From: Candidatus Omnitrophota bacterium
GTDB taxonomy: Bacteria; Omnitrophota; Gorgyraeia; Zapsychrales; Fredricksoniimonadaceae
Reading direction: 5' to 3'
NCBI GenBank assembly: GCA_903908245.1
Contig: CAIVRE010000017.1
Coordinates: 133-64,132 of the forward strand
DNA: 64,000 bases
Made by a program: the position numbers and the translations under genes. A model generated the notes under the pieces. It did not search any database, had not been told where the DNA came from, and saw only the letters and a program-made list of their open reading frames with translations. Positions 56,910-64,000 of the stretch are shown one piece after another. Position 1 is the first letter of the stretch; every line of letters starts with the position of its first letter.

Positions 56910-57741
56910 ACGGGCGCACAAGAATGAGTTCGGCCACCTGTTGGTCGTGGCGGGGTCTCCTTCCATGCTGGGCGCAGCCTGCCTGGTCGCTTTGGCAGCC
57001 ATGCGTTCCGGTGCCGGACTAGTTACCGGGGCTATCCCAAAAGCATTGAATAACACTCTTCAGCGAAAGATCGCTCACGCGATCATGACTTTACCGGTGA
57101 CAGGCGCTGCCGGAGAAGTCTTCGGCAAGAAAGACATCGGAGTTCTTAAAAAATGCTGGCATAAATATACCGCAGTCGCTGTCGGCCCAGGGCTTGGCTT
57201 AAAACCGGCGACAATACAATTCGTCCGAACGATCATTGAGCAATGCCCATTGCCAATGGTGATCGATGCCGATGCCATCAATGCTTTGTCGGGCGGCCTG
57301 AAACCGCTAAAGAAAAGTCCAGGCCCACGGGTCCTTACGCCTCATCCCGGCGAGTTCTTTCGTCTGACCGGCTTAAAACCGGAGACGGACCGTGAACGCC
57401 GCCTGGCGGCAAGATCTTTTGCCATTAAACATAACGTTGTCCTTGTCCTGAAAGGGCGCCATAGCATTGTTGCTTCTGCCGACGGACGAGTCTATCTGAA
57501 CAAAACAGGCAATGCCGGAATGGCCAAGGCGGGGATGGGGGATGTGCTGACCGGGATGATCGGCGCATTATTAGCGCAAGGAGTTCCGGCTTTTGAAGCC
57601 GCACGGGCAGCTGTGCACTGGCATGGCGCTGCCGGGGACCTTTGTTTAAAGAATAAACATATTTTTTCTTTAACTGCGCCGGATCTTATAGAGATCCTGG
57701 CCAGTAAAAAACTGACGAGTATCTTGCATGCCGAATTCTGA
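56875..57741 (+). CDS. NAD(P)H-hydrate dehydratase (YjeF C-terminal / Nnr2 family)
   Basis: 288 aa with GHLLVVAGS...GAA.LA..AA.RSGAG and GDVLTGMIGALLAQG. The start is uncertain because it overlaps acpS by 35 nt. Confidence 0.75.
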   Translation: MRLPTPLLRRNKRAHKNEFGHLLVVAGSPSMLGAACLVALAAMRSGAGLVTGAIPKALNNTLQRKIAHAIMTLPVTGAAGEVFGKKDIGVLKKCWHKYTAVAVGPGLGLKPATIQFVRTIIEQCPLPMVIDADAINALSGGLKPLKKSPGPRVLTPHPGEFFRLTGLKPETDRERRLAARSFAIKHNVVLVLKGRHSIVASADGRVYLNKTGNAGMAKAGMGDVLTGMIGALLAQGVPAFEAARAAVHWHGAAGDLCLKNKHIFSLTAPDLIEILASKKLTSILHAEF

Positions 57742-58150
57742 GGCGATGCCCTTACATGATCGTATCATTTTGTCTCTTATCGGCTGTTTGATCCTGATCA
57801 ATTTTACTTATATCTTTCGTATCCTGCCTGCGGATCATAATTCCGCAGTACCGGGAGGATGGGCGGCGCCGCTCAAGCCATTCCTGAAAAACGTAAATGT
57901 CGCGACATATTATACCGACCGCTACAGCCTGGATCATCCCAATGACCCCGAATCCAACTATTTTTTCCAACAGACGCAATATACCCTTTCTCCGGTCATG
58001 TTGTTTATGGATAATGACCTTACACGTGAGATCATCGTTTTTGATTGTAAAGAACCGGGGTGTTATAAAGACCTCTTGTCAAGGTCCGGCCATAAGCCGC
58101 AAATAATATTCAACGATCATATCGGCGTGTTAAGAAAACCGGGGTATTAA
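57728..58150 (+). CDS. hypothetical membrane protein
   Basis: 140 aa with one TM helix (IILSLIGCLILINFTYIF) and no recognisable motif. Confidence 0.45.
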   Translation: MPNSEAMPLHDRIILSLIGCLILINFTYIFRILPADHNSAVPGGWAAPLKPFLKNVNVATYYTDRYSLDHPNDPESNYFFQQTQYTLSPVMLFMDNDLTREIIVFDCKEPGCYKDLLSRSGHKPQIIFNDHIGVLRKPGY

Positions 58151-58152
58151 AA

Positions 58153-59502
58153 ATGGGTATCATCTTCTGGATCCTTTTAACATTCATGACGGGCTTCTGC
58201 TCCTTGCGGTTGATCACGTCATTGGATGTTAAAAAGACCGAAGACCGCCCCCTGGACCTGTTCCTTGCCTGGGGCATTGGGACCGGGATCACGGCCCAGG
58301 TCGCTTTCTTTAGTGTCCTGCTTTTTGACCGGTTCTCTTGCGTTGACCTGATAGCCCTGGTCCTTATTATCTTTTCTCTTCTCTGGTTCTTTTCATGTAA
58401 ATACGCTTTGGGAAATACGATCCGCTGGCAAGGGTCTCCGTATATATTCCTGATCTTTCTGCCGGTGATCCTTCTTCTGGTCTATAAACAATCGCTGTCT
58501 CCTTACGGGGACTGGGATGCATGGTCATTATGGAATTTCAGGGCTAACGCGATCTTTCGTTCAGGGGCCTCCCAATGGGGGTATATTTTTCATAATGATA
58601 CTCAACGAAGCCATCCATGGCTTTTGCCGTTTTTCGTCGCCTGGGGATGGGCTTGTGCGGGAAGGGAAACGCCGCTGGTCCCTATCACTGTCGCAACGGC
58701 AATGACCATGGCGACAGTCGGACTGCTGGTATACGGGTTACAACAATACGTAAAGCCGGTCGTTGCCTATGTCGCCGGATTCTTCCTGCTTTCCCTGCCG
58801 TTCTTTTTTTATCATTCCACCAGCCAATATGCCGAGATCCTGGTGGCCTTTTATTTCCTAGCGGTCATTCTTTGTGTACTTAAGACCTTGAACAGTTCCG
58901 GGCCGAAATACATGATCCTTGCAGGCATGTTCCTGTCTTTCCTGGCATTCAGCAAGGATGAAGGCATCCTTCTGGCGGCGATCGCGCTCCTGGTGATCCT
59001 GGTCAAACCAGGCCTCAGGAAGCACCTTTTTCAACGGCCGTTCTGGATAACAGCAGGAGTATCCGTTCTGGCGTTGATCATTTGCAAGATCCTGATGCGC
59101 TCGGATATCCTTCCAGGTTCCAATATGCTCCATGAAGAACATAAAACAAATATTATGCAATTGTTCCAATGGACGCGTTGGGAAATGATCTTTCTGTATA
59201 TCTATGAGAACACTATTTGGTCTGCGGGATGGTACTCCTTGATCATCCTTATTCTTCTGGCAGGTTTTCGTTCGATATTCAATAAATCCACCTTTACTGA
59301 AAAGATCATCCAGGCATTGCTTGCCGGATATTGCGCAGCTATATTATTCCTGTATATTGTTGTGTCCGGCGATATCCGGTGGCGAATGGCATTGACCATG
59401 AACAGGGTTGTTTTTCAGGTTGCTCCGGTGATCGTTCTTCTTGTTTTCCTTAAGATCTTTTCCCGTGACCGTCCGGACCATTCATCTTTTAAAGGAGTGT
59501 AA
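58153..59502 (+). CDS. polytopic integral membrane protein, hypothetical
   Basis: 449 aa with about 12 TM helices and no recognised motif. It is tightly linked to the following GT-C gene. Confidence 0.5.
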   Translation: MGIIFWILLTFMTGFCSLRLITSLDVKKTEDRPLDLFLAWGIGTGITAQVAFFSVLLFDRFSCVDLIALVLIIFSLLWFFSCKYALGNTIRWQGSPYIFLIFLPVILLLVYKQSLSPYGDWDAWSLWNFRANAIFRSGASQWGYIFHNDTQRSHPWLLPFFVAWGWACAGRETPLVPITVATAMTMATVGLLVYGLQQYVKPVVAYVAGFFLLSLPFFFYHSTSQYAEILVAFYFLAVILCVLKTLNSSGPKYMILAGMFLSFLAFSKDEGILLAAIALLVILVKPGLRKHLFQRPFWITAGVSVLALIICKILMRSDILPGSNMLHEEHKTNIMQLFQWTRWEMIFLYIYENTIWSAGWYSLIILILLAGFRSIFNKSTFTEKIIQALLAGYCAAILFLYIVVSGDIRWRMALTMNRVVFQVAPVIVLLVFLKIFSRDRPDHSSFKGV

Positions 59503-59504
59503 AG

Positions 59505-60737
59505 ATGCCGTTATCTTTTATAAAAAATATTAATTTCGGGCGGTTGATCTTATTGGCCCTCGTTGCTTCCGTGCTTTTCTTCATGGTAACACATCCTCTC
59601 AGGGGGGAAGAGTTCGGTGTTCAGTCGGATGAAGGCTATTATTACCGGTATGCGGCTTATATCCAGGAGCATGGGACTTCAGGGTTCCGTGATCTGATCA
59701 ACTGGTATGCGGACAACATTGAGGCAAAGAACCATCCTGCGCCGTTACGGGTCGGATATATTCTCAGCATCGTTCTCGGTTTTAATATTCTTGGCCCTGA
59801 TTACAGGGTGATCGCGTGCCTGTCTTGCCTGTTCCTGCTGGCTCTTCTGGGTATTAATCATCATTTTCTGAAAAAGTTCTTCCATCCTGATATCGCTCTC
59901 ACCGTAACGGCCCTGCTGACAACATCGCCTTTGCTGTTAGGCTTGTCGCGGCGGGCTTTGGGGGATATCCCTGTTGCATTTTTCTGGATGCTGGCGCTCT
60001 GGACCATGCTTGAACTCTATTTATCCGGGGTAACACACCGAAGGATCACCTTGCTGATCGTTACATTGATCGCGGGGCTTTTATTTAAAGAATCAACGAT
60101 CGCGCTGATCGGCGCAATGTCCCTGATGGCTGTTATTCTTCAAGTGTCGAAACAAAAGAAGGCTTGGTTCCTTGCTTTTATTGGTGCGGTCTGTTCTGCG
60201 CTTCTCATCCATTCTTTGATCCTGATCCTCATGCTGGGTGGAATATCCGGGCTCATAAAAGGGTGGGAGGGCGTTCTTTCCTTACATCTTAATTTAAGCA
60301 GTCAAAATCCTTACGCGTTATATTATTCTTCCGGCCCATGGTTCAGGTATTTGCTCGACCTTTTTATTTTAACGCCGGCCATGTTCCTGCTTGCGATCGG
60401 ATATCTTTTTTATTTCTTTTTAAAGGACGAAAAAAAGAACACCGTGATCCTTTTCTGGATCATTGCTTCAATTAGCATTTATTTTTTCTTCGATCTCCCT
60501 GCTCACAGTAAAGTGATCCGGATGGTGGCTGTTCTTTACGTTCCCATGGCCATATTTACCGCGCATGCCCTGGAGATGATCGGCAAACGTCAAAAGGTCA
60601 TTTCTATATATACTTTGGCAACCTTCCTGGGGATCATGAACTTTGCTTCTTTCTGGCAGATCTTCTATTCTACGGGATTGCTCGACCCGATATCAAAAAA
60701 CCTTTTGGCGATACAAGGGTTCCTTCCGCCGCTATAA
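59505..60737 (+). CDS. GT-C family glycosyltransferase-like membrane protein (ArnT/GT83-like)
   Basis: 410 aa with about 11 TM helices. The first periplasmic loop carries SDEGYYYRYAAY, compare the ArnT DE.RYAE motif. Confidence 0.55.
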   Translation: MPLSFIKNINFGRLILLALVASVLFFMVTHPLRGEEFGVQSDEGYYYRYAAYIQEHGTSGFRDLINWYADNIEAKNHPAPLRVGYILSIVLGFNILGPDYRVIACLSCLFLLALLGINHHFLKKFFHPDIALTVTALLTTSPLLLGLSRRALGDIPVAFFWMLALWTMLELYLSGVTHRRITLLIVTLIAGLLFKESTIALIGAMSLMAVILQVSKQKKAWFLAFIGAVCSALLIHSLILILMLGGISGLIKGWEGVLSLHLNLSSQNPYALYYSSGPWFRYLLDLFILTPAMFLLAIGYLFYFFLKDEKKNTVILFWIIASISIYFFFDLPAHSKVIRMVAVLYVPMAIFTAHALEMIGKRQKVISIYTLATFLGIMNFASFWQIFYSTGLLDPISKNLLAIQGFLPPL

Positions 60738-60765
60738 ATAAACACTGAACATAAAAATAAAAAAA

Positions 60766-60800
60766 CCCGATACAGAAATAATTGTATCGGGCTTCTTATT
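60766..60800. terminator. bidirectional rho-independent terminator between convergent genes
   Basis: A perfect 9-bp stem CCCGATACA / TGTATCGGG with an 8-nt loop is flanked by an A-run on one side and T-rich sequence on the other. It lies between the + strand GT-C gene and the - strand pfk. Confidence 0.65.
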
Positions 60801-60828
60801 ATGAAAAAAAGAAAGAATTCTTTCCGGG

Positions 60829-62034
60829 TTACATATGACGAGTGATACGACCCGCCGCCTTTTCAAACTTCGGCTTGTAAACTTGTGCCGGCCTGCCGAA
60901 ACAGGTGCCTAAAGCTTCATAGACCGCAACCTGGTCCAGGTCAACATGACGCTGTTCAATGGCTTTCTTGGACTCCATATACCGCACCTTATCGCCGTCA
61001 ATACCAACGATCGTAACACCGACCGTACCCTGCCTGAGAAGCATGACCGCCGCCGCACCCGCTTCTTTTCCGAAACACACATCATACGCGGAAGAACGCC
61101 CGCAACGAACGAGGTGGCCCGGGACAACCGCACGGATCTCGGGGATCTCGTTCATTTTTTCAACGTACATATGGGTCTTCTTCATGAGTTCTTTTATTTC
61201 AGGGTCAGCCTTAAAGCGTTTGGTCAACTCCTGAACAGCATACTTCCCGGCTCCGGCAAGTTTCTTATGGCCGAACGAGTCAATACCGGCAGATTCATCA
61301 TAGATCTCGGAACCGTCGGCATTCTTCAGGCCTTCGGCCACCACGATCATATAAGCGCCAGCCAGAACATCGCTTTTGAGTATCCGGCTGAAATAACGTT
61401 CCTTGCAATGCTTATAAAGGACATCAAAATCGGTCGGGATCTCCGGGATCAGAACAGCATCGGCATCAGCCGCAACACCGCCACGAAAAGCTGTATGCCC
61501 GGCATAACGCCCGAAAACCTCCAGGATAAGCACACGATTATGCGTAAAAGCCGTTGTCTTTAGTTCATCAACGAATTGAGCGATCCTGTTGATCGTTGAG
61601 TCGCCGCCAACGGAATATGTCTGAAGGTCCAGGTCCATGGTCTTGGGGGCATGGACACATTTAATGCCCTGCTCATAAAGATCGACCATAACGGAACCGG
61701 AATCATCACCGCCGGATATAACAAGCCCGTCGATGCCGAACTTCTTCATGCCTTCCTTGATGCGTTCATATTTCTTCGGATCATCGATCTTCTTCACTTT
61801 AACACGGGAGTGACCCGCTTCGGAACCTGCCAGGTTAGCATTGATCTTGTCAACACGTGCCGGCGTAAGAGCTGTCAGTTCATCCATATTGATGAGATTA
61901 TAAAGCCCTGCGTAACCGTTAGGGATCACATAAGGCGTGATCCCAAGGTTGTTCGCCATTTGAGCCGCACCTTTAACGACTCCGTTCAAACCGCCGCAGT
62001 CGCCGCCGGAAGTTAGGATACCGATCTTTTTCAT
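60829..62034 (-). CDS. pfkA: 6-phosphofructokinase (ATP- or PPi-dependent PFK family)
   Basis: 401 aa beginning MKKIGILTSGGDCGGLN, with PKTMDLDL and GGDDS motifs. The phosphoryl-donor specificity cannot be decided from the sequence here. Confidence 0.85.
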   Translation of the reverse strand: MKKIGILTSGGDCGGLNGVVKGAAQMANNLGITPYVIPNGYAGLYNLINMDELTALTPARVDKINANLAGSEAGHSRVKVKKIDDPKKYERIKEGMKKFGIDGLVISGGDDSGSVMVDLYEQGIKCVHAPKTMDLDLQTYSVGGDSTINRIAQFVDELKTTAFTHNRVLILEVFGRYAGHTAFRGGVAADADAVLIPEIPTDFDVLYKHCKERYFSRILKSDVLAGAYMIVVAEGLKNADGSEIYDESAGIDSFGHKKLAGAGKYAVQELTKRFKADPEIKELMKKTHMYVEKMNEIPEIRAVVPGHLVRCGRSSAYDVCFGKEAGAAAVMLLRQGTVGVTIVGIDGDKVRYMESKKAIEQRHVDLDQVAVYEALGTCFGRPAQVYKPKFEKAAGRITRHM

Positions 62035-62086
62035 GGAATGACTCCCTGTAGGTTGATTGTTAAAAGTCAGTTAAAATATCATGAGG

Positions 62087-63769
62087 TCATTGCCCGGGCA
62101 AGGACTTTCTGGCTTCATTGATCATGTCTTTGGCGTGTTTAACCGACACGTCCGTCATTTTATCACCGCTCATCATATGGGCCAGTTCATTAACACGATC
62201 TTTTGGCTCCAGCGGCGCGACAACCGTCCTGGTCCTGCCTTTATCAACAGCCTTGGTGATCCGAAAATGAGTGTCCGCGAAAGCGGCGATCTGTGGCAGA
62301 TGGGTGATAAGGATCACCTGGCGGTGACCGGAGATCTCTTTCAGTTTTGTCCCTATCACCGTCCCGAGCCGCCCGCCGATCTGGGCGTCAACTTCATCAA
62401 AAATAAGGACCGGAACAGGGTCCACCTTCATTAAAGCGCGTTTGATCGCCAGCATCAACCGGGCGGCTTCACCGGAAGAGACAATATCCGCCAAAGGTTT
62501 TAACTCTTCGCCGGTATTCGTACTGATGAAGAAGACGACCTTATCCGCGCCTGACGGGGAGAGAGGGGCTTTTTCAATACGGGCTTCGAATGAAATGCTT
62601 TTGAACGCGAGCTCCCGAAGCTCTTTTTCGATCGTTGTCTTAAGCGACTCCGCGGTCTTCTTTCTGTGCTGCGTTATTATTTTGGCCAGTTTATTCAGTG
62701 CGTCTTCTTTTACCTTAAGTTCAGCTTTCAGATCATCTTCATTCTGCTCGAAATCATTAAGCAGGGCAAATTTTATCTTGGCGTCACCATAAAACTTTCT
62801 GGCATCTTCCAACGTCGGCCCGTATTTACGTTTGATGTCAATATAAGCATCGTAACGGTTATTCACCGACTGGGCAAAACCGGGGTCGAAGCTGAGGGAG
62901 TCGGCATAATTGCGCAGATCGCTTATTAAAGAACCGGCACTCTCCTGCAAAGTCGAAAGGCTGTCAAGATAAGCAGTCGCTTTCTCGTCGATATCCGAAA
63001 GATGCTGCAAAGGTTTAAAAGCCCTGGATAATAAAGACTCCAGGCTCACTTCATCGTTCTCCAGGATAGCCATTGCCTGGGTGATATGCGTATAAAGCTT
63101 TTCCGAATTGTTGATCTTGACCCTGTCCTGTTCGATCTCGGCGAGGTCGTCTTCCGTGAGAGGGGCCTGTTCCAATTCCTTGATCTGATGGGCCAGAAGG
63201 CCGGTATCCCGCTCACGGGACTGCGCCAGTTCCTGCAAAGCCGACAGCTTGTTCCTGATCGATGAATATTGCGCAAAAACGACAGAATATTCTTTAAAAT
63301 GATCATTGGCCCCGGTAAGGGCATCAATAATAAGCAAATGCTGATCTTCCGCGAGCAGCTGTTGATGGTCATTAGGCCCGTGAAAATCGATCAGGCGGTC
63401 TCCGATATCCTTAAGTTGCGCAATACTGGCGGTAAGGCCGTTGAGCCTGGCTTTATTACGGCCGTCAGCGGTAACGGACCTCTGGATAATAAGAGAATTA
63501 TCGTCGTTCTTAAAGGTTTCCCAGTTGGGAAGTGTTTTCAGAAAAGAAGGTTTTAACAAGAAAACAGCCTCTACAGTACAAGCATCAGCGCCGGCGCGAA
63601 GGTGGCTAGACTGGAAACGCTCCCCAAGGGCAAAGCGCAGGGCATCGATCAGGATCGACTTGCCGGCGCCGGTTTCACCGGTGAGGGTGTTAAGCCCAGG
63701 GGTGAATTCCATGGACGTTTGTTCAATAATACCGAAATTCTTGATGGTCAGGCTTTCGATCATGGGCAT
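62087..63769 (-). CDS. recN: DNA repair protein RecN
   Basis: 560 aa. The N-terminal Walker A is GETGAGKSIL, the middle is a coiled coil, and the C-terminal signature/Walker B is LIFDEVDAQIGGR. The true start is probably Met3 at 63763 (MIESLTIKNFGII). Confidence 0.9.
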   Translation of the reverse strand: MPMIESLTIKNFGIIEQTSMEFTPGLNTLTGETGAGKSILIDALRFALGERFQSSHLRAGADACTVEAVFLLKPSFLKTLPNWETFKNDDNSLIIQRSVTADGRNKARLNGLTASIAQLKDIGDRLIDFHGPNDHQQLLAEDQHLLIIDALTGANDHFKEYSVVFAQYSSIRNKLSALQELAQSRERDTGLLAHQIKELEQAPLTEDDLAEIEQDRVKINNSEKLYTHITQAMAILENDEVSLESLLSRAFKPLQHLSDIDEKATAYLDSLSTLQESAGSLISDLRNYADSLSFDPGFAQSVNNRYDAYIDIKRKYGPTLEDARKFYGDAKIKFALLNDFEQNEDDLKAELKVKEDALNKLAKIITQHRKKTAESLKTTIEKELRELAFKSISFEARIEKAPLSPSGADKVVFFISTNTGEELKPLADIVSSGEAARLMLAIKRALMKVDPVPVLIFDEVDAQIGGRLGTVIGTKLKEISGHRQVILITHLPQIAAFADTHFRITKAVDKGRTRTVVAPLEPKDRVNELAHMMSGDKMTDVSVKHAKDMINEARKSLPGQ

Positions 63770-63787
63770 ATAATAGCAATTTCCTGC

Positions 63788-63816
63788 TTTACATCAAAAA
63801 TTAATTTTGCTATTAT
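63788..63816 (+). promoter_or_regulatory. putative sigma70 promoter of tRNA-Thr: TTTACA-N17-TATTAT
   Basis: Hexamers with correct spacing lie 47 nt upstream of the tRNA. Confidence 0.3.
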
Positions 63817-63862
63817 TACGCGCTTTAAAAGATCGTTCCATATTCCGACGAAGAGTCTTTGT

Positions 63863-63935
63863 GCCGATGTAGCTCAGTTGGTAGAGCAGCGGTTTTGTAA
63901 ACCGCGGGTCGGGGGTTCAATTCCTCTCGTCGGCT
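63863..63935 (+). tRNA. tRNA-Thr (anticodon TGT)
   Basis: 73 nt. The acceptor stem GCCGATG/CGTCGGC has one G-U pair. D-arm AGCTCAGTTGGTAGAGC. The anticodon stem GCGGT/ACCGC carries the loop TTTGTAA, giving anticodon TGT. T-loop TTCAATT. No encoded CCA. Confidence 0.85.
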
Positions 63936-64000
63936 TTTATTTTCTAGTGCTGTTTAGCATTACCCCGAGGATGGGTGCGGGTAGCAATGGCGGCTTCTTT

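Noticed and set aside
1-64000. CRISPR arrays or other regularly spaced direct repeats
   Set aside because: No repeat-spacer periodicity is visible anywhere. The only repeats are the tandem pilin paralogs, the CCG microsatellite and protein-level MORN/TPR repeats.

Overview
Gene-dense window with strong + strand bias: 63 of 65 CDS are on +, and many stop/start codons overlap (ATGA, TAATG, GTGA). GC looks moderate by eye (not computed). The style suggests a small-genome, probably uncultivated bacterium. Contents in order: (1) a 5'-partial TPR protein, an ExbB/TolQ-ExbD/TolR pair and small membrane and zinc-ribbon proteins. (2) A type IVa pilus locus: a pilM-pilN fusion, pilO, pilP, pilQ, pilB, pilC, then six prepilin-like genes. 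The first two pilins are diverged tandem paralogs, each with its own sigma70-like promoter. A strong intrinsic terminator sits between this pair and four minor-pilin genes. Those four genes run without a gap into rsmE and three polytopic membrane proteins, two of them TMTC-like (DUF1736 plus TPR) GT-C glycosyltransferase homologs. (3) A long co-directional housekeeping array: recA-recX-alaS-hisDBHAF-trpE/pabB, rpsP, yajC, secDF, a GT39-like membrane protein, an unusually short mfd, a SurA-like protein, pdxA, rsmA, a YbgC thioesterase, an orphan HAMP histidine kinase, gatCAB, ctpA, a YibQ-like deacetylase and tsaD. (4) A bactofilin fused to a helix-turn-helix (HTH) domain, immediately followed by a second HTH protein with a C-terminal membrane anchor. 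(5) tRNA(CAT), a secreted thermonuclease, tilS, a secreted MORN-repeat protein, ftsH, folP, cdaA, a 33-aa remnant of cdaR, pdxJ, acpS, nnr and three membrane/GT-C proteins. (6) Convergent pfk and recN on the - strand, then tRNA-Thr(TGT). I found no CRISPR array, transposase or integrase. Predicted promoters are of the TTGxxx-N16/17-TAxxAT type and often sit only 5-15 nt before the start codon, pointing to frequent short-leader or leaderless mRNAs. Everything here is read from the sequence and motif memory; no database search was possible.
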